Below are positions 25,851 to 40,800 of a stretch of 64,000 nt of DNA, one piece after another. Both the position numbers and the translations under genes were made by a program. Numbering within the stretch: position 1 is the stretch's first letter; every line of letters starts with the position of its first letter. The DNA is from Paragordius varius. Taxonomy: Eukaryota > Animalia > Nematomorpha. The DNA lies in the NCBI GenBank assembly GCA_964247055.1, contig OZ176058.1, positions 4,526,001 to 4,590,000 on the forward strand. Direction: 5' to 3'. Below the pieces are notes generated by a model that was given only the letters and a program-made list of their open reading frames with translations, was not told the origin of the DNA and did not search any database.

Positions 25851-28800
25851 GTATTTTCTTGGGGTGTCAGACTTCCTTGTCGCGTTAGTAAAATAACTTT
25901 TTCAGATGACTTTGAATTTAAATTTTCCTTTAAAGTTGTTTTCGGTGAAGAATAACCATAAAAAAATGTCGCCAAAACTACGACAAAGGTACCCAGGGCA
26001 AAAAGTCTAAAATAAATATTAAAAATTTTATAAAAATTAAAATTTTTTGAAAAAATAAAAAAAAAGATTGTTAAAATAAATATTTTATAAATAAAACTAA
26101 AATATTTTATAAAAAAAGTCTAAAATGAATATTAAAAATTTAATAAAAAAAAATTAAAAAAAAACCAAAAAAAGATTGTTGGAATAAATATTTTATAAAT
26201 AAAAGTAAAAATTTTACAAAAAAAAGTAAAAAAAACTACATAAAAAATGTAAAAGGACATATTAAAAGACATCCATACTTTTTAAATTTCAATATAACTC
26301 CTCATATAATTGTAATAAATAGCTTATATGATAAAAATTAAGGTTTAAAAAGTATGGTTGTCTTTTTAACTAATCATTTGTCTTTATATTTTGACGTTTT
26401 GTCCATAGTATAATTTTAATTTTTACTGTATAAGGTTTTTTTTATTATAGTATACATTTTAATGATTGGTTATTTTACAACACTGTGATAGTTGGGGCAA
26501 TTCACAACCCAATAGTTACAGTAGTGTATGAAAAAAAAGAAAGTAGCTAATAGTTTATTAAACATTTTGTACTTTTTTCCATACACTACTGTAGTGTTGC
26601 ATTCAAATTGCCCCCAACTATATAGTTAAATTAATTTTCTACATGAATAAACTATTTAAAAATATAAAATGTTGGAAAGACAAATATGCTAATACTTTTT
26701 TTAAAAAATATCTTAAAACTTACTTTTAAATTATTCAATATAATGAAATAATAATAAATAAACCCTAAAAAACATGCTAGAAAAACCAATATTTTTATAC
26801 TTTTTTTTACAAAGTATATCTTAAAACTAACTTTTAAATTATTAAAAATAAATATAATTAAAATATTCATGCGCTAGAAAAATATTTTTATAGGCTCAAT
26901 ATAATTGTTATTTAATAAATTTTAACTTTTAATTAAAAAACCCAAAAAAACTGAAAACCAATATATTTACTTTTTCATAATATTTAAAATTACTTTTACA
27001 TATTTTAACTTTTAAGTAAAAAAACCCGAAAAAAACCAAAACATTCGGGAAAAAACCAATATTTTTATATTTCTTTCAAAAAATATATTTTAAAACTTAC
27101 TTTTAAATTGTTTTTTAAGTAAAAAAACCTAAATAACCAAAAATGTTGGAAAAACAAATATTTTTATACTTCTTTTAATATATTTTAAAACTTTTTAAAT
27201 TATTTAAAAATACCAATAAAAATCTAAAAATAATCAAAAAACTTGCTAAAACCAAAATTTTTACAAATATATCTTAAAACTTACTTTTTTCATAAAAAAC
27301 CAAAAACATTTTGGAACACTTCTTCAAAATAATAATTAAAATATTTAAAAAATCAATAAAAAAAACCAATATTTATTAAATTTTTATATTATTTTTACCT
27401 GTTAGGTTCAAAATCATGTAAAATTAACATAATTAAAATTATAGCTCTTAAGTTAAAAATCTAAAAAAACCCAATATTTTTATACTTTTTAAAAAATATC
27501 TTGAAACTTACTTTTAAATTATATTTTAAGTTAAAATAAACCACGACAAATGTACCCAAGGCAAAAAGTCTAAAATGAATATTAAAAATTTAATAAAAAA
27601 AAATTAAAAAAAAACCAAAAAAAGATTGTTGGAATAAATATTTTATAAATAAAAGTAAAAATTTTACCAAAAAAGTAAAAAAAAAACTACATAAAAAATG
27701 TAAAAGGGCAATAATTTTTTTCGAAAATACCATACTTTTTAAATCTCGATTTTTTCAAATAATTAACTCATTGTTTTTAATGGTAAAGTGTGAAATAAAT
27801 ATAAATATATAACTAACACATTCAATTCTATATTTTATGATTGTAAGTAAATAGCTTATATATGATAAAAATTAAGGTTTAAAAAGTATGGTTGTCTTTT
27901 TAACTAATCATTTGTCTTTATATTTTGACGTTTTGTCCATAGTATAATTTTAATTTTTACTGTATAAGGTTTTTTTTATTATAGTATACATTTTAATGAT
28001 TGGTTATTTTACAACACTGTGATAGTTGGGGCAATTCACAACCCAATAGTTACAGTAGTGTATGAAAAAAAAGAAAGTAGCTAATAGTTTATTAAACATT
28101 TTGTACTTTTTTCCATACACTACTGTAGTGTTGCATTCAAATTGCCCCCAACTATATAGTTAAATTAATTTTCTACATGAATAAACTATTTAAAAATATA
28201 AAATGTTGGAAAGACAAATATGCTAATACTTTTTTTAAAAAATATCTTAAAACTTACTTTTAAATTATTCAATATAATGAAATAATAATAAATAAACCCT
28301 AAAAAACATGCTAGAAAAACCAATATTTTTATACTTTTTTTTACAAAGTATATCTTAAAACTAACTTTTAAATTATTAAAAATAAATATAATTAAAATAT
28401 TCATGCGCTAGAAAAATATTTTTATAGGCTCAATATAATTGTTATTTAATAAATTTTAACTTTTAATTAAAAAACCCAAAAAAACTGAAAACCAATATAT
28501 TTACTTTTTCATAATATTTAAAATTACTTTTACATATTTTAACTTTTAAGTAAAAAAACCCGAAAAAAACCAAAACATTCGGGAAAAAACCAATATTTTT
28601 ATATTTCTTTCAAAAAATATATTTTAAAACTTACTTTTAAATTGTTTTTTAAGTAAAAAAACCTAAATAACCAAAAATGTTGGAAAAACAAATATTTTTA
28701 TACTTCTTTTAATATATTTTAAAACTTTTTAAATTATTTAAAAATACCAATAAAAATCTAAAAATAATCAAAAAACTTGCTAAAACCAAAATTTTTACAA

Positions 28801-31800
28801 ATATATCTTAAAACTTACTTTTTTCATAAAAAACCAAAAACATTTTGGAACACTTCTTCAAAATAATAATTAAAATATTTAAAAAATCAATAAAAAAAAC
28901 CAATATTTATTAAATTTTTATATTATTTTTACCTGTTAGGTTCAAAATCATGTAAAATTAACATAATTAAAATTATAGCTCTTAAGTTAAAAATCTAAAA
29001 AAACCCAATATTTTTATACTTTTTAAAAAATATCTTGAAACTTACTTTTAAATTATATTTTAAGTTAAAATAAACCACGACAAATGTACCCAAGGCAAAA
29101 AGTCTAAAATGAATATTAAAAATTTAATAAAAAAAAATTAAAAAAAAACCAAAAAAAGATTGTTGGAATAAATATTTTATAAATAAAAGTAAAAATTTTA
29201 CCAAAAAAGTAAAAAAAAAACTACATAAAAAATGTAAAAGGGCAATAATTTTTTTCGAAAATACCATACTTTTTAAATCTCGATTTTTTCAAATAATTAA
29301 CTCATTGTTTTTAATGGTAAAGTGTGAAATAAATATAAATATATAACTAACACATTCAATTCTATATTTTATGATTGTAAGTAAATAGCTTATATATGAT
29401 AAAAATTAAGGTTTAAAAAGTATGGTTGTCTTTTTAACTAATCATTTGTCTTTATATTTTGACGTTTTGTCCATAGTATAATTTTAATTTTTACTGTATA
29501 AGGTTTTTTTTATTATAGTATACATTTTAATGATTGGTTATTTTACAACACTGTGATAGTTGGGGCAATTCACAACCCAATAGTTACAGTAGTGTATGAA
29601 AAAAAAGAAAGTAGCTAATAGTTTATTAAACATTTTGTACTTTTTTCCATACACTACTGTAGTGTTGCATTCAAATTGCCCCCAACTATATAGTTAAATT
29701 AATTTTCTACATGAATAAACTATTTAAAAATATAAAATGTTGGAAAGACAAATATGCTAATACTTTTTTTAAAAAATATCTTAAAACTTACTTTTAAATT
29801 ATTCAATATAATGAAATAATAATAAATAAACCCTAAAAAACATGCTAGAAAAACCAATATTTTTATACTTTTTTTTACAAAGTATATCTTAAAACTAACT
29901 TTTAAATTATTAAAAATAAATATAATTAAAATATTCATGCGCTAGAAAAATATTTTTATAGGCTCAATATAATTGTTATTTAATAAATTTTAACTTTTAA
30001 TTAAAAAACCCAAAAAAACTGAAAACCAATATATTTACTTTTTCATAATATTTAAAATTACTTTTACATATTTTAACTTTTAAGTAAAAAAACCCGAAAA
30101 AAACCAAAACATTCGGGAAAAAACCAATATTTTTATATTTCTTTCAAAAAATATATTTTAAAACTTACTTTTAAATTGTTTTTTAAGTAAAAAAACCTAA
30201 ATAACCAAAAATGTTGGAAAAACAAATATTTTTATACTTCTTTTAATATATTTTAAAACTTTTTAAATTATTTAAAAATACCAATAAAAATCTAAAAATA
30301 ATCAAAAAACTTGCTAAAACCAAAATTTTTACAAATATATCTTAAAACTTACTTTTTTCATAAAAAACCAAAAACATTTTGGAACACTTCTTCAAAATAA
30401 TAATTAAAATATTTAAAAAATCAATAAAAAAAACCAATATTTATTAAATTTTTATATTATTTTTACCTGTTAGGTTCAAAATCATGTAAAATTAACATAA
30501 TTAAAATTATAGCTCTTAAGTTAAAAATCTAAAAAAACCCAATATTTTTATACTTTTTAAAAAATATCTTGAAACTTACTTTTAAATTATATTTTAAGTT
30601 AAAATAAACCACGACAAATGTACCCAAGGCAAAAAGTCTAAAATGAATATTAAAAATTTAATAAAAAAAAATTAAAAAAAAACCAAAAAAAGATTGTTGG
30701 AATAAATATTTTATAAATAAAAGTAAAAATTTTACCAAAAAAGTAAAAAAAAAACTACATAAAAAATGTAAAAGGGCAATAATTTTTTTCGAAAATACCA
30801 TACTTTTTAAATCTCGATTTTTTCAAATAATTAACTCATTGTTTTTAATGGTAAAGTGTGAAATAAATATAAATATATAACTAACACATTCAATTCTATA
30901 TTTTATGATTGTAAGTAAATAGCTTATATATGATAAAAATTAAGGTTTAAAAAGTATGGTTGTCTTTTTAACTAATCATTTGTCTTTATATTTTGACGTT
31001 TTGTCCATAGTATAATTTTAATTTTTACTGTATAAGGTTTTTTTTATTATAGTATACATTTTAATGATTGGTTATTTTACAACACTGTGATAGTTGGGGC
31101 AATTCACAACCCAATAGTTACAGTAGTGTATGAAAAAAAAGAAAGTAGCTAATAGTTTATTAAACATTTTGTACTTTTTTCCATACACTACTGTAGTGTT
31201 GCATTCAAATTGCCCCCAACTATATAGTTAAATTAATTTTCTACATGAATAAACTATTTAAAAATATAAAATGTTGGAAAGACAAATATGCTAATACTTT
31301 TTTTAAAAAATATCTTAAAACTTACTTTTAAATTATTCAATATAATGAAATAATAATAAATAAACCCTAAAAAACATGCTAGAAAAACCAATATTTTTAT
31401 ACTTTTTTTTACAAAGTATATCTTAAAACTAACTTTTAAATTATTAAAAATAAATATAATTAAAATATTCATGCGCTAGAAAAATATTTTTATAGGCTCA
31501 ATATAATTGTTATTTAATAAATTTTAACTTTTAATTAAAAAACCCAAAAAAACTGAAAACCAATATATTTACTTTTTCATAATATTTAAAATTACTTTTA
31601 CATATTTTAACTTTTAAGTAAAAAAACCCGAAAAAAACCAAAACATTCGGGAAAAAACCAATATTTTTATATTTCTTTCAAAAAATATATTTTAAAACTT
31701 ACTTTTAAATTGTTTTTTAAGTAAAAAAACCTAAATAACCAAAAATGTTGGAAAAACAAATATTTTTATACTTCTTTTAATATATTTTAAAACTTTTTAA

Positions 31801-34800
31801 ATTATTTAAAAATACCAATAAAAATCTAAAAATAATCAAAAAACTTGCTAAAACCAAAATTTTTACAAATATATCTTAAAACTTACTTTTTTCATAAAAA
31901 ACCAAAAACATTTTGGAACACTTCTTCAAAATAATAATTAAAATATTTAAAAAATCAATAAAAAAAACCAATATTTATTAAATTTTTATATTATTTTTAC
32001 CTGTTAGGTTCAAAATCATGTAAAATTAACATAATTAAAATTATAGCTCTTAAGTTAAAAATCTAAAAAAACCCAATATTTTTATACTTTTTAAAAAATA
32101 TCTTGAAACTTACTTTTAAATTATATTTTAAGTTAAAATAAACCACGACAAATGTACCCAAGGCAAAAAGTCTAAAATGAATATTAAAAATTTAATAAAA
32201 AAAAATTAAAAAAAAACCAAAAAAAGATTGTTGGAATAAATATTTTATAAATAAAAGTAAAAATTTTACCAAAAAAGTAAAAAAAAAACTACATAAAAAA
32301 TGTAAAAGGGCAATAATTTTTTTCGAAAATACCATACTTTTTAAATCTCGATTTTTTCAAATAATTAACTCATTGTTTTTAATGGTAAAGTGTGAAATAA
32401 ATATAAATATATAACTAACACATTCAATTCTATATTTTATGATTGTAAGTAAATAGCTTATATATGATAAAAATTAAGGTTTAAAAAGTATGGTTGTCTT
32501 TTTAACTAATCATTTGTCTTTATATTTTGACGTTTTGTCCATAGTATAATTTTAATTTTTACTGTATAAGGTTTTTTTTATTATAGTATACATTTTAATG
32601 ATTGGTTATTTTACAACACTGTGATAGTTGGGGCAATTCACAACCCAATAGTTACAGTAGTGTATGAAAAAAAAGAAAGTAGCTAATAGTTTATTAAACA
32701 TTTTGTACTTTTTTCCATACACTACTGTAGTGTTGCATTCAAATTGCCCCCAACTATATAGTTAAATTAATTTTCTACATGAATAAACTATTTAAAAATA
32801 TAAAATGTTGGAAAGACAAATATGCTAATACTTTTTTTAAAAAATATCTTAAAACTTACTTTTAAATTATTCAATATAATGAAATAATAATAAATAAACC
32901 CTAAAAAACATGCTAGAAAAACCAATATTTTTATACTTTTTTTTACAAAGTATATCTTAAAACTAACTTTTAAATTATTAAAAATAAATATAATTAAAAT
33001 ATTCATGCGCTAGAAAAATATTTTTATAGGCTCAATATAATTGTTATTTAATAAATTTTAACTTTTAATTAAAAAACCCAAAAAAACTGAAAACCAATAT
33101 ATTTACTTTTTCATAATATTTAAAATTACTTTTACATATTTTAACTTTTAAGTAAAAAAACCCGAAAAAAACCAAAACATTCGGGAAAAAACCAATATTT
33201 TTATATTTCTTTCAAAAAATATATTTTAAAACTTACTTTTAAATTGTTTTTTAAGTAAAAAAACCTAAATAACCAAAAATGTTGGAAAAACAAATATTTT
33301 TATACTTCTTTTAATATATTTTAAAACTTTTTAAATTATTTAAAAATACCAATAAAAATCTAAAAATAATCAAAAAACTTGCTAAAACCAAAATTTTTAC
33401 AAATATATCTTAAAACTTACTTTTTTCATAAAAAACCAAAAACATTTTGGAACACTTCTTCAAAATAATAATTAAAATAATTAAAAAATCAATAAAAAAA
33501 ACCAATATTTATTAAATTTTTATATTATTTTTACCTGTTAGGTTCAAAATCATGTAAAATTAACATAATTAAAATTATAGCTCTTAAGTTAAAAATCTAA
33601 AAAAACCCAATATTTTTTTACTTCTTATAAAAAATATATTTTAAAACTTACTTTTTATATCATTTTTTAAGTAAAAATACCTTAAAAACCCAAAAATGCT
33701 AGAAATATTACTGTTTTCTTTTAATAAATTCGTTTTTAAACTTTTTAAAATTATTTATAAAAAATTAATTTAAAACCTAAAAACCCCAAAAAATATTAAT
33801 TGAATATTTTTTATAAAATCATTTACTTATTTAATCCAAAATATCTTAAAACTTCAATAAATTTTAACTTTTAATAATAAACTGGAAATTTTAACTTTTA
33901 AGTAAAAAATAAAATATTTATTAAATATTAATTATATTTTTACCTGTTAGGTTCAAAATCATGGAGTAAAAAGTGTGAAATAACCGATATTTTTATACTT
34001 CTTTTAAAAAAATCTTAAAACTTACTTTTACATTTTAAAACTTTTTAAATTATTAAAAATAAAACCTAAAAAATTAATAAAAAACCAATATTTATTAATA
34101 TTTTTATTTTTTATTTACCTGCTAAACTCAAAATCATAAAACTTAAATTGTTTTTTAAGCAAAAAAACTAAATAACCAAAAAACTGGAGAAAACTAATAT
34201 CAATTACATTTTTGATTAAAATACATCTTAAAACTTAATTCTTAAAACTTAAATCTTAAAACTTAAAAATAAAATAAACTGGAAATTTTAACTTTCAAAT
34301 ATTTAAAAAACCTAAAAAATATAATAAAATTTAAAATAAAATTAATAAAAAAACCAATATTTTAATAAATTTACCTGTTAGGTTCAAAATCATGGAGTAA
34401 AAAGTGTGAAAGAACATAAAAAACATAAAAAACCTAGAAATAATTAAAAAACATTCTGAAATTAATATCATTTAATTCTTTTAAATAAATTCATTTTTAA
34501 ACTTTTTAAATTATTTAAAATAAAATATTTATTAAATTATTAAATTTTTTTAATATTTTTACCTGGTAGGCTCAAAATCATGGAATAAAAAGTGTGAAAA
34601 AAACGATATTTTTATACTTCGTTAAAAAAAATCTTAAAACTTCAATAAATTTAAAACTTTTTAAATTTTAACTATTTAAATTTAAAATATAAAATAAAAC
34701 CAATATTTATTAAATATTTTAATAAATTTACCTGGTTGGTTCAAAATCATGGAGTAAAAAGTGTGAAAGAAAAAAACTAAAAAACCAAAAAAACTGGAAA

Positions 34801-37800
34801 AACTCATTATTTTTACACTTCTTTTACAAAATATATCTCAAAACTTAAATCTAAAAACTTTTTAATATCTTAAAACTTACTTTTAACTTTAATATAAAAT
34901 ATAAAAAAGAATAAAATGTTAAAAAACCAATATTTATTATATTTAATTATTTATAACTGGTAGGCTCAAAATTATGAAACCTTTATAAATTTAACTCCAA
35001 AAATGCTGTAAAAACCATATTACTGTTTTTAATAAATACATTTTAAAACTTTTTAAATTATTCGATATAATAAATATTAATAAAAATAAAAAACGTATAA
35101 TAAAAAAACCTAAAAAACTAAACTTGGCTGAAAAAACCAATATTGTTACAAAAACTTTTTAAAACTTACTTTTTAAAATATTTAAAAATATAAAATTTAA
35201 AATAAAAAACCAATATTTATAAAAATATTTTAATAAATTTACCTGGTAGGCTCGAAATCATGGAGTAAAAAGTGTGAAAAAACCGTATTTTTATACTTCT
35301 TTTAAAAAATATCTTAAAACTTATTTATAAATTATTTGATACCAATAATAAAAAACCAAATAATATCTTTAACTTCAATAAATTTTAACTTTTAATAATA
35401 AAATTTTTATTAAATTTAAACTTTTAAGTAAAAAATATTAATATTTAATAAAAAATTTAATATTTTCTTTTAAAAAATATCTTAAAACTTTTACATTTTA
35501 TAATTTTTAAAATTATTAAAAAAAAACCTAAAAAAATATATAAAACTTAATAAAATAAAATAAAAATAAACTGAAAACTAATAATTTTTTATATTTTAAA
35601 CCTGGCAGGCTCAAAATCATGGAGTAAAAAGTGTGAAAGAAAAAACTAAAAAACCAAAAAAACTGGAAAAACTCAGTATTTTTACACTTCTTTTACAAAG
35701 TATATCTTAAAACTTACTTTTTATTATTTTTTAAGTAAAAGTAACCTAATAATAACCAAAAAAATGCTGAAAAAACCAATATTTTTACACTTCTTTATCA
35801 AAATGTATCTCAGAACTTACTTTTAAATTATTAAGAATAAAATAAAATTGAAAAAAAGAATAAAATGTTGAAAAACCAATATTTATTAATTTTTTATTTT
35901 ACTTGGTAGACTCAAATTAAAATAAAATAAACATAATTAAACTATTATCAAACCAAAATTTTTCTGAAAAAACCAATATTTTTACAGTTCTTTTACAAAT
36001 ATATCTTAAAACTTACTTTTAAATTATTAAAATAAAAATTAATAAAAAACCCAAAAAATTGGAAAAACCAACAATATTTTTATTATTCTTTTCCAAAATA
36101 TATCTTAAAACTTTAATAAATTTTATCTTTTAAGTAAAAAAAAACCTAAAAAACCAAAAAATTAATAAAAAACCAAAAAACTAATAAAAACATCAATATT
36201 TTTTTTATTTAAAAAAATATTTTTTTAATATTTTTACCTGTTAGGTTCAAAATCATGCAGTAAAATAAAATTAAAAAACCAAAAAATGCTGAACCAAAAA
36301 ATGCTGGAAAAACGAATATTTTAACTTTTAATAAAATAAAATTTAAATAAATTTTAACTTTTAAATAAAAAAACCTAAAAAAATATAAAATAAAATTAAA
36401 TAAAAATAAAACAAAAACCAATATTTTATATATTTTTATTTTTACCTGGTAGGCTCAAAATCATGGAGTAAAAAGTGTGAAAGAAGCGCTGAAAGTGATA
36501 TAGAAATGGCATTTGCAAATCCTTTAACTATATTATCAGCATATTTAATCACAACGGCTATAATTAAACCACCCAGGGCCTAATAAAAATATAAATTAAT
36601 TTATAAAAAATTAATTTTAAAAAAATATTTAATTTTAAATTAAATAAATTTAATTTTAAAAAAATTAAATGAATACTGAATTTGTTATAAAAATTAATTA
36701 TTATAAATTATAATCACAACGGCTATAAATAATTTAATAAAAAATAATTTAATTTATAGTTTAAAATTTTTTATTAATTATAAATAAAGTCAAAAAAAAT
36801 AATTTAATTAATTTAAAAATATAATATAAAATATATAATTAATTTGTAAAAATAAAACTATATTGTCCGCATATTTAATTACAACGGCTATAATTAAACC
36901 ACCCAGAGCCTAATAAAATAAAATTTTAAAAAATATTTTTTAATAAACTAAAAATATTAAAATATATAAATTAATTAAATTTAATTTGAAATAATTAAAA
37001 ATATTATAAAATAAATTAAATTTAATTTTAAATTATTGAAAATATAGAGAAAAAAAATAATATAATTTTGAAAAATTGATAAAATTAAATTACTTAATTA
37101 TTATAATGTAATTATTTAAAAAAATTAATATAATTTAATTTTGAATTATTTAAAATTAAAAATTAATTTGAAATTATTTAGAAATATTAAAAAATAGAAA
37201 AAAATCGTTTAACTATATTATCCGCATATTTAATCATAACGGCTATTATTAAACCACCCAGTGCCTAATTTATAAAAAATTAAAATTAATTAATTAAATT
37301 TAATTTTAAAAATAAATTTAAATATAATAAAAGTATTAATTTTTAATAGGAAAATTGAGTATAATAATTATTTAATAAAAATATTAAAAATAGTAATTAA
37401 ATTTAATTTTAAATTATTGAAAAATATAGAGAAAAAAATAATATAATTTTGAAAAAAATTGAAAAAAAAATAAATTAATTTATATTGAAATTATTAAAAA
37501 ATTTTTTTGAAAATATTAAAAAATAAATTTAATTTTAATTTAAAATTATTAATATTTTTTACAAAAAATTGAATTTAATTATTGAAATATTAAAAAATTC
37601 CTTTAACTATATTATCCGCGTATTTAATCACAACGGCTATAATTAAACCACCCAGGGCCTAATAAAAATAATTAAAATAAAATAAATTTAATTTAAATTT
37701 ATTTAATTTATAAAATTAAATTAAATTAGAAAAAAAGAATTTAATTTAAAAAAAATTATAAATATAAAAAAAATACTAAAAATGTTGAAAAATTATTAAA

Positions 37801-40800
37801 TTATTAAAATATTAAAATAAATTTTGCAAATCCTTTAACTATATTATCCGCATATTTAATTACAACGGCTATAATTAAACCACCCAGGGCCTAATAAAAT
37901 AAATTTTTAATAATTTCAATTTTAAAAATAAAAAATTTCTTTTATTTTTGAAATTTATAAAAAAAAATAATAAATTTAATTTAATTTTTTTAATAAAACA
38001 ATTAATTTTTACACAGGAATATAGAAGATATTTAAAATATAATAAAAATTGAATTAATTTAAAAATTTGTATAAAATATTAAAAAAAATTAATAAATTAA
38101 ATTTATTTTTGAAATTATTCAATAAAATTAATAAATATAAATTATTGATAATAATAAAAAATTATATAAAATAATAATTACTAAATTATTAAAATATTAA
38201 AATAAATTTTGCAAATCCTTTTACTATATTATCAGCATATTTAATCACGACGGCTATAATTAAACCACCCAGGGCCTAAAAATTAAATAAAATTAAAAAT
38301 AATTAATTTTAAAATTATTAAAATATATAAATTAATTAATTTTGAAAATATTAAAAAAATTTTAATTTAGAAAAAATAAAATACAAAAATTACATTAAAA
38401 AAAAAAGTTTGAATTAAAAAAATTAATTTTAGTTAATTTTAATTTTAAAAATAAAAAATTAAATTTAAAAAAAATTATAATAAAATTAATAAATAAAAAT
38501 TTTTTTAATAAAATAAAAAATTATATAAAATAATAATTACTAAATTATTAAAATATTAAAATAAATTTGCAAATCCTTTAACTATATTATCCGCATATTT
38601 AATTACAACGGCTATAATTAATCCACCCAGGGCCTAAGTTATAATAAAAAATATTTAACTAATTTAATATAAATTTATTTAATTTTAAAAATTAAATTAA
38701 ATTAGAAAAAAAGATATTTATTTAAATAATTAATTGTTAAAAATGTTAAAAAATTAGAAATTTGTTAAAAAATTAGAAATTTGTTATAAAAATAAAATAT
38801 TTAATTTAAGAAAATATATGAATTGAAAATTTAAATATAATTTGAAAAAATTATAATTATAAATAATATAAATTATAGTTTAATAAAAAAATTAATATAT
38901 ATTAAATTTTAAAATATGTTATAAAAATAAAATAAAATTAATTTAAAAAACTATATTATCGGCATATTTAATCACAACGGCTATAATTAAACCACCCAGG
39001 GCCTAATAAAATAAAAAAAAAATAATTTAAAAATTTTTTAAAAATTTTTTAAAATAAATTTAAATTAATTAAATTTAATTTGAAATTAAAATTATTATGA
39101 AAATATAAAATAAAATAAATTTAAATTGAATATAATTTTAAAATTATTAAAAAAATTTATTAAATTATCATTAAAATACTATATTATCGATGACCACGGC
39201 TATAATTAAACCACCCAGGGCCTAATAAAATATTTTAAATTTAATTTTTAATTATTGAAAATATAGAGAAAAAAAATAATATAATTTTTAAATAATTCAA
39301 AATATTATAAATATTAAAAAAATAATATAATTTAATTTTGAAATTATTTAAAATTAAAATTTAATTTGAAATTATTGAAATATTAAAAAATTTAAAAAAC
39401 TATATTATCGGCGTATTTAATTACAACGGCTATAATTAATCCACCCAAGGCCTAATAAAATAAAAAAAATTTAATTTAAATTTATTTAATTTCAAAATTA
39501 AATTAAATTAGAAAAAAAGATATTTATTTAAATAATTAATTGTTATATAAAAAAAAATTAGAAATTTGTTATAAAAATAAAATATTTAATTTAAGAAAAT
39601 ATATGAATTGAAAATTTATTAGATATAATTTGAAAAAATTATAATTATAAATAATATAAATTATAGTTTAAAATGTGTTATAAAAAAAATTAATATATAT
39701 TAAATTTTAAAATATGTTATAAAAATAAAATAAAATTAATCTAAAAAAATATATTATTCGCATATTTTATCACAACGGCTTTAATTAATCCACCCAGGGC
39801 CTATTAAAATTAAATAAAATTAATTAAAAAAATTTTAAAAAAAAATATTATTTTGAAATTAATTAATTTATAAAATAAATTTAATAAATTAATAAATTAA
39901 ATTAAATTTAATTTAGAAAAAATTTATAAATATAAAAAAATTACATTAAAAAAAAAGTTTGAATTAAAAAAATTAATTTTATTTAATTTAATTTATTCAA
40001 TAAAATTTTTTAAATTTTATTTTATTGAAAATTATTAAAAACATCGATTAATTTTAAAAAATATTAAAAATAATAAAATATAAATTAATTTTAATTAAAT
40101 TTATTGTTGATATTTTATTAAAATAAATTTTGCAAATCCTTTAACTATATTATACGCATATTTAATTACAACGGCTATAATTAATCCACCCAGGGCCTAA
40201 GTTATAATAAAAAATATTTAACTAATTTAATATAAATTTATTTAATTTTAAAAATTAAATTAAATTAGAAAAAAAGATATTTATTTAATTTTAAAAATTA
40301 AATTAAATTAGAAAAAAAGATATTTATTTAATTAATTAATTGTTAAAAATGTTAAAAAATTATTTAATTATTTGTATAAACGACCCGGCCTAATAAAAAA
40401 AGATATTATAAATTTAATCAATTTTTAAAAAAAATTGATTTTAAAATTATTAAAAATATTAAATTAGATTTAATTTGAAATTATTTAAATCAATTATTAT
40501 GATAAAAAAAATACTATATACTAATTTTGAAAATTATTATAAATTAATTATTTTAATAAAAAAATTAATAATTATAAATTATAATTACAACGGCTATAAT
40601 TAAAGCACCCAAGGCCTAAGTTATAAAAAAATAAAAAATAAATTAATTAATTTTGAAATTTTGAAAATTTTATAATTATGAAAATATTAAAAAAATGAAT
40701 TTAAATTTAATTTTGAAATTATTATAAATAACATTAATTTATAAAAAAAAATTTTAAAATATTAAATATTTAAAAATTATTTAATATAAAAAAAATATAA

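Noticed and set aside
26652-33006. Five identical 72-aa ORFs (MNILIIFIF..)
   Set aside because: Low-complexity F/I/K shadow frames of the 1534-bp intronic repeat; no recognisable domain.
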